From Anaeramoeba ignava BMAN (lineage: Eukaryota; Protista; Anaeramoebae), in NCBI GenBank assembly GCA_028826165.1, contig JAPDFW010000090.1:124001-188000 (forward strand): DNA of 64,000 nucleotides, written 5' to 3'. This document shows positions 1 through 10,609 of the stretch, one piece after another. Position 1 is the stretch's first letter. Each line of letters opens with the position of its first letter. Both the position numbers and the translations under genes were made by a program. Under the pieces are notes generated by a model, which was not told the origin of the DNA, did no database searches, and was given only the letters and a program-made list of their open reading frames with translations.

Positions 1-34
1 TTTTAATTTTAATTTTAATTTTAATTTTGATTAC

Positions 35-229
35 TTTTTTTTCAGATTCTGGTATTTTTTTCCAAGCAGCATAAAGTAATCGACATTTTTGACTTGGATC
101 AAGATTTCTGTATTTTGTTTGAAATAATGGCAGATTACAGACATAAAATATTTGTGCATCTTGTCTTGGTCTTTTTGGTCTTTTTGGTTTTTGTGATAAT
201 TTTAATTTTCCTTTTAAATTTTTTTGCAT
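35..229 (-). CDS. HMG-box protein, first exon (gene continues beyond the window start)
   Basis: Not in the ORF track. ATG at 229 gives MQKNLKGKLKLSQKPKRPKRPRQDAQIFYVCNLPLFQTKYRNLDPSQKCRLLYAAWKKIPESEKK, followed by a GTAA donor at 34. The PKRP...F...L..AWK.I...EK pattern fits an HMG box. Confidence 0.8.
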
Positions 230-260
230 TTATTCACAAAAAAAAAAATGATAAAAAATT

Positions 261-298
261 TTTTTTCATTTTTCATTTTTTTCATTTTTTTCATTTTT
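261..298 (+). promoter_or_regulatory. Repeated TTTTTCATTTT initiator-like motif upstream of the ankyrin gene (representative of a window-wide motif)
   Basis: Four tandem copies 18-55 bp before the ATG. The same motif precedes most genes on the coding strand. Confidence 0.6.
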
Positions 299-315
299 AA
301 AATTTAAAAATAAAA

Positions 316-3300
316 ATGAATATTTGGCAAATTATTGAAGAAAATAATAACAACAATAATATTATTATTGAATACTTAAAACAAATTGAAAAAATTACAG
401 AAAATGAATTAAAAAAAGAAAACAAACCAATTTTACATTTTGCAATCGAAAAACAAGTTTCAAAAGAAGTAATTGAATTATTAATTACAAAAGGTTCAGA
501 TCCAAAAGAAGTTGATGAATTAGGAAAGAATTCATTGCATTTGGCAGTTATGAATAATTCAAAAATTGAAATACTTGAACTTTTGATTGAAAAAGGAATT
601 GATATTAATTCAAAAACAAATGGAAATGAAACTGCTTTACATTTTGCTTGCCAACACAATTCATTTGAAATTATTAAATATCTTATTGAAAAAAAAAGAA
701 TTGATATTAATTCAAAAACAAATGGAAATGAAACAGCTTTACATTTTGCTTGTGATAATAAAAATCCAAATTCATTTGAAATTATTAAATATCTTATTGA
801 AAAAAAAAGAATTGATATTAATTCAAAAACAATACGGAATGAAACACCTTTACATTTTGCTTGTGATAATAAAAATCCAAATTCAATCGAAATTATCAAA
901 TATCTTATTGAAGAAAAAGGAATTGATATTAATTCAAAAACAAAATATAATGAAACACCTTTACATTTTGCTTGCCAAAATAAATACCCAACATCATTTG
1001 AAATTATTAAATATCTTATTGAAAAAGGAATTGATATTAATTCAAAAACAGAAGATAATATAACAGCTTTACATATTGCTTGTCTAAATAAAAATTCAAA
1101 TTCATTTCAAATTATTAAATATCTTATTGAAGAAAAAGGAATTGATATTAATTCAAGAACAAAAGATAGAAATAAAACAGCTTTACATATTGCTTGCCAA
1201 AATAAAAATCCAAATTCATTTGAAATTATCAAATTATTGATTGAAAAAGGAATTGATATTAATTCAAAAACAAAAGAAAATGAAACTGCTTTACATTTTG
1301 TTTGCCAAAATAAAAATCCAAATTCAATCGAAATTATTAAATATCTTATTGAAAAAGGAATTGATATTAATTCAAAAACAGAAGAAAATGAAACAGCTTT
1401 ACATTTTGTTTGCCAAAATAAAAATCCAAATTCATTTCAAATTATTAAATATCTTATTGAAAAAGGAATTGATATTAATTCAAAAACATATCAAAATGAA
1501 ACAGCTTTACATATTGCTTGCCAAAATCAAAATCCAAATTCATTTCAAATTATTAAATATCTTATTGAAAAAGGAATTGATATTAATTCAAAAACAAAAT
1601 ATAAAAATGAAACAGCTTTACATATTGCTTGCCAAAATCAAAATCCAAATTCATTTCAAATTATCAAATTATTAATTGAAAAAAGAATTGATATTAATTC
1701 AAAAACAAAAGATAATAAAACAGCTTTACATTATGCTTGCCAAAATAAAAATCCAAATTCATTTGAAATTATCAAATTATTAATTGAAAAAGGAATTGAT
1801 ATTAATTCAAAAACAAAATATAAAAATGAAACACCTTTACATATTGTTTGCAGAAATCAAAATTCGAATTCATTTCAAATTATTAAATATCTTGTTGAAG
1901 AAAAAAGAATTGATATTAATTCAAAAACAAAAGAAAATGAAACTGCTTTACATATTATTTGCCAAAATCAAAATCCAAATTCAATTCAAATTATCAAATT
2001 ATTAATTGAAAAAGGAGGAATTGATATTAATTCAAAAACAAAATGGGATAATGAAACAGCTTTACATATTGAATGCAAAAAAGAAAATCCATCATTTCAA
2101 ATTATCAAATTATTAATTGAAAAAAGAATTGATATTAATTCAAAAACAAAATGGGATAATGAAACAGCTTTACATATTATTTGCCAAAATCAAAATCAAA
2201 ATCCAAATTCAATTGAAATTATCAAATTATTAATTGAAAAAGGAATTGATATTAATTCAAAAACAAAATATAATAAAACTGCTTTACATATTGTTTGCCA
2301 AAATCAAAACCCAAATTCATTTGAAATTATCAAATTATTAATTGAAAAAGGAATTGATATTAATTCAAAAACAGAAGATAATAAAACAGCTTTGCATATT
2401 ATTTGCCAAAATCAAAATCCAAATTCAATTCAAATTATCAAATTATTAATTGAAAAAAGAATTGATATTAATTCAAAAACAGAAGATAATGAAACAGCTT
2501 TACATATTGCTTGCCGAAATAAAAATCCAAATTCATTTGAAATTATCAAATTATTAATTGAAAAAGGAATTGATATTAATTCAAAAACAAAAGATAATGA
2601 AACTGCTTTACATATTGCTTGCCAAAATCAAAATCCAAATTCTATTCAAATTATCAAATTATTAATTGAAAAAGAAGGAATTGATATTAATTCAAAAACA
2701 AAAGATAATGAAGCATCTTTACATATTGCTTGCCGAAATAAAAATCCAAATTCATTTGAAATTATCAAATTATTAATTGAAAAAGGAATTGATATTAATT
2801 CAAAAACAAAAGATAATAAAACTGCTTTACATATTGTTTGCCAAAATCAAAATCCAAAATTATCAATTAAAATTATCAAATATCTTGTTGAAGAAAAAGG
2901 AATTGATATTAATTCAAAAACAAAAGATAATAAAACAGTTTTACATTATGCTTGCTTAAATCAAAATGAAAATTCAATTGAAATTATCAAATATCTTATT
3001 GAAAAAGGAATTGATATTAATTCAAAAACAAAAGATAAAAATGAAACACCTTTACATATTGTTTGCCAAAATCAAAATCCAAATTCAATTGAAATTATCA
3101 AATATCTTATTGAAGAAAAAGGAATTAATATTAATTCAAAAACAAAAGATAAAAATGAAACAGCTTTACATTATGCTTGCTTAAATCAAAATCAAAATTC
3201 ATTTGGAATTATCAAATATCTTATTGAAAAAGGAATTGATATTAATTCAAAAACAGAAGATAATAAAACACCTTTACATATTGCTTGCCAAAATAAAAAT

Positions 3301-6300
3301 CCAAATTCATTTGAAATTATCAAATATCTAATTGAAAAAGGAATTGATATTAATTCAAAAACAAAAGATAATAAAACAGCTTTACATTATGCTTGCCAAA
3401 ATAAAAATCCAAATTCATTTGGAATTATCAAATTATTAATTGAAAAAGGAATTGATATTAATTCAAAAACAAAAGATAATAAAACAGCTTTACATATTGT
3501 TTGCCAATACAATTCAACTAGAATTATCAGATATCTTATTTCCAAAGAAGGAATTGATATTAATTCAAAAACAAATAAAAATGAAACAGCTTTACATATT
3601 GCTTGCTTAAATCGAAATCCAAATTCTATTCAAATTATCAAATTATTGATTGAAAAAGGAATTGATATTAATTCAAAAACAAAAGATAATAAAACTGCTT
3701 TACATATTGCTTGCCAAAATAAAAATCCAAATTCAATTGAAATTATCAAATTATTAATTGAAAAAAGAATTGATATTAATTCAAAAACAAAAGATAATGA
3801 AACTGCTTTACATATTGCTTGCCAAAACAAAAATACAAATTCAATTCAAATTATTAAATATCTTATTGAAGAAAAAAGAATTGATATTAATTCAAAAACA
3901 AAAGATAATAAAGCAGCTTTACATATTGCTTGTCAATACAATTCAATTGAAATTATCAAATTATTAATTGAAAAAGGAATTGATATTAATTCAAAAACAA
4001 ATAACAATGAAACTGCTTTACATATTGCTTGCCAAAACCAAAATCAAAATTCAATTGAAATTATCAAATATCTTATTGAAAAAGGAATTGATATTAATTC
4101 AAAAACAAAATATAAAAATGAAACAGCTTTACATATTGCTTGCCGAAATAAAAATCCAAATTCAATTGAAATTATCAAATTATTGATTGAAGAAAAAAGA
4201 ATTGATATTAATTCAAAAACAAAAGATAATAAAACATCTTTACATATTGCTTGCCTAAATCAAAATCCAAATTCAATTCAAATTATCAAATTATTAATTG
4301 AAAAAGGAATTGATATTAATTCAAAAACAAATAACAATGAAACTGCTTTACATATTGCTTGCCAAAATAAAAATCAAAATTCAATTCAAATTATCAAATT
4401 ATTGATTGAAAAAGGAATTGATATTAATGCAAAAACAAAATGGGATAATGAAACTGTTTTACATATTGAATGCAAAAAAGAAAATCCATCATTTGAAATT
4501 ATCAAATTATTAATTGAAAAAGGAATTGATATTAATGCAAAAACAAAAGATAATGAAATAGCTTTACATTTTGCTTGCAGAAATCAAAATTCAAATTCAA
4601 TTCAAATTATCAAATATCTTGTTGAAGAAAAAAGAATTGATATTAATGCAAAAACAAAAGATAATGAAACAGCTTTACATTTTGCTTGTCAAAACCAAAA
4701 TCAAAATTCAATTGAAATTATCAAATATCTTATTGAAAAAGGAATTGATATTAATGCAAAAACAAAATATACAAATGAAACAGCTTTACATTTTGTTTGT
4801 CAAAATCAAAATCCAAATTCATTTCAAATTATCAAATATCTTATTGAAAAAAAAGGAATTAATATTAATTCAAAAACAAAAGATAATAAAACTGCTTTAC
4901 ATATTGCTTGCCAAAATCAAAATTCAAATTCATTTCAAATTATCAAATTATTAATTGAAAAAGGAATTGATATTAATTCAAAAACAAAATATACAAATGA
5001 AACAGCTTTACATATTGCTTGCTTAAATAAAAACCCAAATTCATTTGAAATTATCAAATTATTAATTGAAAAAGAAGGAATTGATATTAATTCAAAAACA
5101 AAAGATAATGAAACAGCTTTAGATATTATTTTCCAAAATCAAAATCCAAATTCATTTGAAATTATCAAATTATTAATTGAAAAAGAAATTGATATTAATT
5201 CAAAAACAAAAGATAATGAAACAGCTTTACATATTGAATGCAAAAAAGAAAATCCATCATTTCAAATTATCAAATTATTAATTGAAAAAAAAGGAATTGA
5301 TATTAATTCAAAAACAAAAGATAAAAATGAAACAGCTTTACATATTATTTGCAAAAATGAAAATCCAAATTCAATTGAAATTATCAAATTATTAATTGAA
5401 AAAGGAATTGATATTAATTCAAAAACAAATATAAATGAAACAGCTTTACATATTGCTTGCTTAAATCAAAATCCAAATTCATTTCAAATTATCAAATTAT
5501 TAATTGAAAAAGGAGGAATTGATATTAATTCAAAAACAAATAAAAATAAAATAGCTTTACATATTGTTTGCTTAAATAAAAACCCAAATTCATTTCAAAT
5601 TATCAAATATCTAATTGAAAAAGGAATTGATATTAATTCAAAAACAAATAAAAATGAAACAGCTTTACATTATGCTTGCTTAAATAAAAACCCAAATTCA
5701 TTTGAAATTATCAAATTATTAATTGAAAAAAAAGGAATTGATATTAATTCAAAAACAGAAGATAATAAAACTGCTTTACATATTATTTGCCAAAATCAAA
5801 ATCCAAATTCATTTCAAATTATCAAATTATTAATTGAAAAAGGAATTGATATTAATTCAAAAACAAATAAAAATGAAATAGCTTTACATATTGTTTGCAG
5901 AAATCAAAATTCAAATTCAATTCAAATTATCAAATTATTAATTGAAAAAGGAATTGATATTAATTCAAAAACAAAAGATAATAAAACAGCTTTACATATT
6001 GCTTGCTTAAATAAAAACCCAAATTCATTTGAAATTATCAAATATCTTATTGAAGAAAAAGGGATTGATATTAATTCAAAAACAAAATATAATGAAACAG
6101 CTTTACATTATGCTTGCTTAAATCAAAACCCAAATTCATTTGAAATTATCAAATATCTTATTGAAGAAAAAGGAATTGATATTAATTCAAAAACAAAATA
6201 TAATGCAACAGCTTTACATATTGCTTGCTTAAATAAAAACCCAAATTCAATTGAAATTATCAAATATCTTATTGAAAAAGAAGGAATTGATACTAATTCA

Positions 6301-8355
6301 AACCCAAATATAAATGAAACAGCTTTACATTATGCTTGCCAAAATAAAAACTCAAATTCAATTGAAATTATCAAATATCTAATTGAAGAAAAAGGAATTG
6401 ATACTAATTCAAAAACAGAAGATAATAAAACTGCTTTACATATTATTTGCCAAAATCAAAATCCAAATTCATTTCAAATTATCAAATTATTAATTGAAAA
6501 AGGAATTGATATTAATTCAAAAACAAAAGATAATAAAACTGCTTTACATATTGCTTGCCAAAATAAAAATTTCAATTCATTTGAAATTATCAAATTATTA
6601 ATTGAAGAAAAAGGAATTGATATTAATTCAAAAACAAATAGTAATAAAACAGCTTTACATTATGCTTGCCAAAATAAAAATTTCAATTCATTTGAAATTA
6701 TCAAATTATTGATTGAAAAAGGAATTGATATTAATTCAAAAACAAAAGATAATAAAACTGCTTTACATATTGCTTGCCAAAATAAATATCCAAATTCATT
6801 TCAAATTATCAAATTATTGATTGAAAAAGGAATTGATATTAATTCAAAAACAAAAGATAATGAAACTGCTTTACATTATGCTTGCCAAAATAAATATCCA
6901 AATTCATTTCAAATTATCAAATTATTAATTGAAAAAGGAATTGATATTAATTCAAAAACAAAAGATAATAAAACTGCTTTACATATTGCTTGCCAAAATC
7001 AAAATTTCAATTCATTTCAAATTATCAAATTATTGATTGAAAAAGGAATTGATATTAATTCAAAAACAGAAGATAATGAAGCAGCTTTACATTATGCTTG
7101 CCAAAATAAAAATCCAAATTCATTTCAAATTATCAAATTATTGATTGAAAAAGGAGGAATTGATATTAATTCAAAAACAAAAGATAATAAAACTGCTTTA
7201 CATATTGCTTGCCAAAATCAAAATCCAAATTCATTTCAAATTATCAAATTATTGATTGAAAAAGGAGGAATTGATATTAATTCAAAAATAAATAAAAATG
7301 AAACAGCTCTTTCAATATCAATTTCTGAAAAAAGGAAAGATTTAATTGAATTATTGTTAATGAATGATGTAAATATTTTTGATTTGAAACAAAATGAAAT
7401 CACAAATGAATTTATTGAAATATCCTCAAAAGTTTATTCAATAAATGAAGATATGAATAAATTATTATTAAATTCAAATGATGATAATTTTTCAGATTAT
7501 CAAATTAAATCAAATGATGGTTTCAAATTTAAAGTTCATAAATTAATTCTTTTAACAAGATTTGATAATAATCAAAAAAATTTAAAAAAATTTATTAATA
7601 TTTGTTCTCAAAAATCAAAAAAAGAAGTTCAATTTGCATTAAATTTTATTTATTCAGGATTTTTTGATTTTCAACAAACTTATCAAAAATTAAATCAAAA
7701 ATTAGAAGATTTTGATAGTGATTCTTATAGTTATTCAAGAGAAAGAGAAAGAAAAAGAGAAAATGAAAACGAAAATGAAAATGAAATTAAATTATTTCAA
7801 GAAATTGGATTTGATTCAAAATGGATTGAAACTAAAAAAGGAAGAAAAGGAATAACAAAAGATTTATCAAAATTATATCAACAAAATGAAACCAAAGATT
7901 TTACAATAATTGTTGAAGAAAAAAAAATCAAAGTTCATAAATTAATATTAATATTAAGAAGTGAATTATTTAAAGGAATGTTTTTAAATGTTCAAGATTC
8001 ATCTAATCAAGTTCATGATTATTCAGAAAAATCATTTGAAACAATTCAACAATTAATTTATTTTTTTTATCATGATAAATTTGATGAAACAAAAAAAATT
8101 CCAAATAAAATAATTGAAGAAGAATTTTCAGATATTAAAGAATATTATCAATTAAATCAAAATTCAATAATTGATTTATTTTTAAACGAATTTAACAAAA
8201 CTGAAAATTCAACTTCAGAAATAGATTCAGAATCAAAATCAGAATCAAAATCAGAATTAGATTCAAATTCAAATTCAAATTCAAATTCAAATTCAAATTC
8301 AAAATCAAAATCAAATTCAAAATCAAATTCTAATTCAAATTCAAAAAAAAAATAA
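316..8355 (+). CDS. Giant ankyrin-repeat protein with two C-terminal BTB/POZ-like domains (2679 aa, intronless)
   Basis: About 60-65 tandem ~35-aa repeats of consensus GIDINSKTKDNETALHIACQNKNPNSFEIIKLLIEK. Then BTB motifs FSDYQIKSNDGFKFKVHKLILLTRF and KDFTIIVEEKKIKVHKLILILRSELFKGMF. Confidence 0.93.
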   Translation: MNIWQIIEENNNNNNIIIEYLKQIEKITENELKKENKPILHFAIEKQVSKEVIELLITKGSDPKEVDELGKNSLHLAVMNNSKIEILELLIEKGIDINSKTNGNETALHFACQHNSFEIIKYLIEKKRIDINSKTNGNETALHFACDNKNPNSFEIIKYLIEKKRIDINSKTIRNETPLHFACDNKNPNSIEIIKYLIEEKGIDINSKTKYNETPLHFACQNKYPTSFEIIKYLIEKGIDINSKTEDNITALHIACLNKNSNSFQIIKYLIEEKGIDINSRTKDRNKTALHIACQNKNPNSFEIIKLLIEKGIDINSKTKENETALHFVCQNKNPNSIEIIKYLIEKGIDINSKTEENETALHFVCQNKNPNSFQIIKYLIEKGIDINSKTYQNETALHIACQNQNPNSFQIIKYLIEKGIDINSKTKYKNETALHIACQNQNPNSFQIIKLLIEKRIDINSKTKDNKTALHYACQNKNPNSFEIIKLLIEKGIDINSKTKYKNETPLHIVCRNQNSNSFQIIKYLVEEKRIDINSKTKENETALHIICQNQNPNSIQIIKLLIEKGGIDINSKTKWDNETALHIECKKENPSFQIIKLLIEKRIDINSKTKWDNETALHIICQNQNQNPNSIEIIKLLIEKGIDINSKTKYNKTALHIVCQNQNPNSFEIIKLLIEKGIDINSKTEDNKTALHIICQNQNPNSIQIIKLLIEKRIDINSKTEDNETALHIACRNKNPNSFEIIKLLIEKGIDINSKTKDNETALHIACQNQNPNSIQIIKLLIEKEGIDINSKTKDNEASLHIACRNKNPNSFEIIKLLIEKGIDINSKTKDNKTALHIVCQNQNPKLSIKIIKYLVEEKGIDINSKTKDNKTVLHYACLNQNENSIEIIKYLIEKGIDINSKTKDKNETPLHIVCQNQNPNSIEIIKYLIEEKGININSKTKDKNETALHYACLNQNQNSFGIIKYLIEKGIDINSKTEDNKTPLHIACQNKNPNSFEIIKYLIEKGIDINSKTKDNKTALHYACQNKNPNSFGIIKLLIEKGIDINSKTKDNKTALHIVCQYNSTRIIRYLISKEGIDINSKTNKNETALHIACLNRNPNSIQIIKLLIEKGIDINSKTKDNKTALHIACQNKNPNSIEIIKLLIEKRIDINSKTKDNETALHIACQNKNTNSIQIIKYLIEEKRIDINSKTKDNKAALHIACQYNSIEIIKLLIEKGIDINSKTNNNETALHIACQNQNQNSIEIIKYLIEKGIDINSKTKYKNETALHIACRNKNPNSIEIIKLLIEEKRIDINSKTKDNKTSLHIACLNQNPNSIQIIKLLIEKGIDINSKTNNNETALHIACQNKNQNSIQIIKLLIEKGIDINAKTKWDNETVLHIECKKENPSFEIIKLLIEKGIDINAKTKDNEIALHFACRNQNSNSIQIIKYLVEEKRIDINAKTKDNETALHFACQNQNQNSIEIIKYLIEKGIDINAKTKYTNETALHFVCQNQNPNSFQIIKYLIEKKGININSKTKDNKTALHIACQNQNSNSFQIIKLLIEKGIDINSKTKYTNETALHIACLNKNPNSFEIIKLLIEKEGIDINSKTKDNETALDIIFQNQNPNSFEIIKLLIEKEIDINSKTKDNETALHIECKKENPSFQIIKLLIEKKGIDINSKTKDKNETALHIICKNENPNSIEIIKLLIEKGIDINSKTNINETALHIACLNQNPNSFQIIKLLIEKGGIDINSKTNKNKIALHIVCLNKNPNSFQIIKYLIEKGIDINSKTNKNETALHYACLNKNPNSFEIIKLLIEKKGIDINSKTEDNKTALHIICQNQNPNSFQIIKLLIEKGIDINSKTNKNEIALHIVCRNQNSNSIQIIKLLIEKGIDINSKTKDNKTALHIACLNKNPNSFEIIKYLIEEKGIDINSKTKYNETALHYACLNQNPNSFEIIKYLIEEKGIDINSKTKYNATALHIACLNKNPNSIEIIKYLIEKEGIDTNSNPNINETALHYACQNKNSNSIEIIKYLIEEKGIDTNSKTEDNKTALHIICQNQNPNSFQIIKLLIEKGIDINSKTKDNKTALHIACQNKNFNSFEIIKLLIEEKGIDINSKTNSNKTALHYACQNKNFNSFEIIKLLIEKGIDINSKTKDNKTALHIACQNKYPNSFQIIKLLIEKGIDINSKTKDNETALHYACQNKYPNSFQIIKLLIEKGIDINSKTKDNKTALHIACQNQNFNSFQIIKLLIEKGIDINSKTEDNEAALHYACQNKNPNSFQIIKLLIEKGGIDINSKTKDNKTALHIACQNQNPNSFQIIKLLIEKGGIDINSKINKNETALSISISEKRKDLIELLLMNDVNIFDLKQNEITNEFIEISSKVYSINEDMNKLLLNSNDDNFSDYQIKSNDGFKFKVHKLILLTRFDNNQKNLKKFINICSQKSKKEVQFALNFIYSGFFDFQQTYQKLNQKLEDFDSDSYSYSRERERKRENENENENEIKLFQEIGFDSKWIETKKGRKGITKDLSKLYQQNETKDFTIIVEEKKIKVHKLILILRSELFKGMFLNVQDSSNQVHDYSEKSFETIQQLIYFFYHDKFDETKKIPNKIIEEEFSDIKEYYQLNQNSIIDLFLNEFNKTENSTSEIDSESKSESKSELDSNSNSNSNSNSNSKSKSNSKSNSNSNSKKK

Positions 8356-8426
8356 AAAGAAAAAACAAATTTTTTTCATTTTTTTCATTTTTTTCATTTT
8401 TCAAATTATTATATTTTTTGATTAAA

Positions 8427-10402
8427 ATGGTTGATTTATTAACGGAAATTCAAATGTGTACGGATAATTTAGTAAGATTAATGTATGAATCACTTGGAAA
8501 TATACAAAAGGATCAAAGTATCGAAGAAGAACCTTTAACAAATGAAGATATTGAAACAATGGCTTCAACACTTGTTAATCAATCTAAAAAAATTGATTCA
8601 CTTATTGATTCTCTTCAACCTTTACTTTCAAAAACAGAAATTCAACAATTAAATGAACTTCAAGAATTACAAAATAAAAATGATAATTTAACTCTTATTC
8701 TTGAAAAAAGAGTTGAAACTGCTGGTATTTATTTTAATATTTAATTTAATATTTAATTTAATATTTATTTTAATATTTATTTTAATATTTATTTCAATAT
8801 TTATTTCAATATTTATTTTAATATTTATTTCAATATTTATTTTAATATTTAATTTAATATTTATTTTAATATTTATTTTAATATTTATTTTAATATTTAA
8901 TTTAATATTTATTTTAATATTTATTTTAATATTTATTTTAATATTTAATTTAATATTTATTTTAATATTTAATTTAATATTTATTTTTAATATTTATTTT
9001 AATATTTATTTCAATATTTATTTCAATATTTATTTTTAATATTTATTTTAATATTTAATTTAATATTTAATTTAATATTTATTTTAATATTTAATTTAAT
9101 ATTTATTTTAATATTTAATTTAATATTTATTTTAATATTTAATTTAATATTTAATTTAATATTTATTTTAATATTTATTTTAATATTTATTTTAATATTT
9201 ATTTTAATATTTATTTTAATATTTATTTTAATATTTATTTTAATATTTATTTTTAATATTTATTTTTAATATTTATTTTAATATTTATTTAAATATTTAT
9301 TTTAATATTTATTTTAATATTTATTTTAATATTTATTTCAATATTTATTTAATTTTTAATATTTATTTTAATATTTAATTTAATATTTATTTTAATATTT
9401 ATTTTAATTATTTAATTTAATATTTATTTTAATATTTATTTTAATATTTAATTTTAATATTTTATTTTAAATTTTTTATTTTAATATTTATTTTTTTTAA
9501 TATTTATTTTAATATTTAATTTAATATTTAATTTAATATTTAATTTAATATTTATTTTTAATATTTAATTTAATATATTTAATATTTATTTTTAATATTT
9601 ATTTTAATATTTATTTTAATATTTATTTTAATATTTATTTTTAATATTTATTTTAATATTTATTTAAATATTTATTTTTAATATTTAATTTAATATTTAA
9701 TTTAATATTTATTTTAATATTTAATTTAATATTTAATATTTAATATTTAATTTAATATTTATTTTAATATTTATTTTTATATTTATTTTAATATTTATTT
9801 TAATATTTATTTTAATATTTATTTTAATATTTATTTAATTTAATATTTAATTTAATATTTATTTTAATATTTAATTTAATATTTAATATTTATTTTTTAT
9901 TTAATATTTATTTTAATATTTAATTTAATATTTAATATAATATTTATTTTAATATTTATTTTAATATTTATTTCAATATTTATTTTAATATTTATTTTTA
10001 ATATTTATTTTAATATTTATTTTAATATTTATTTTAATATTTATTTTAATATTTATTTTAATATTTATTTCAATATTTATTTCAATATTTATTTTAATAT
10101 TTAATTTAATATTTATTTTAATATTTAATTTAATATTTATTTTAATATTTATTTTAATATTTAATTTAATATTTATTTTAATATTTATTTTAATATTTAT
10201 TTTAATATTTAATTTAATATTTATTTTAATATTTATTTTAATATTTATTTTAATATTTATTTAATATTTATTTTAATATTTAATTTAATATTTATTTTAA
10301 TATTTATTTTAATATTTATTTTAATATTTATTATTAGAGTACTGGTTAAATGTTGTTCAATCAGCTTTAAAAGAAATTTCTATTAGTCAAGTTGGAATTT
10401 AA
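8427..10402 (+). CDS. MED21: Mediator subunit 21 (Srb7); exons 8427-8724, 10338-10402
   Basis: MVDLLTEIQ...KIDSLIDSLQP...RVETA splices across a phase-1 GT-AG intron to EYWLNVVQSALKEISISQVGI*. This matches the Med21 pattern DxLTxLQ / IDxLIDSLP / IQSALxDIAxSQ. Confidence 0.88.
8725..10337 (+). repeat. Med21 intron filled with a ~12-bp minisatellite (ATATTTATTTTA)n
   Basis: GTATTT donor and TTATTAG acceptor. The interior is almost wholly variants of the 12-mer. Confidence 0.9.
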
Positions 10403-10609
10403 ACCTTAATTAAAAAAAATTTTTTTTTTTTTTGGATTTTGTTGATTAAAAGGCGAAAATTTGCATTTTTTTTTTCTTTTTTTTTCTTTTTATTCTCTAT
10501 TTTATTTTAAATAAAAAATTTTTAATTTTTTTTTTTCATTTTTTTTCATTTTCTTTTCTTGATTTTTTCATTTTTTTTTTGTTAATTTTTAATTTCTTTC
10601 TTATTTTTT

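Noticed and set aside
297-4954. Alternative-frame and antisense ORFs over the ankyrin gene (likewise 40295-41287)
   Set aside because: Shadows of the repetitive coding sequence with no independent domain signal.
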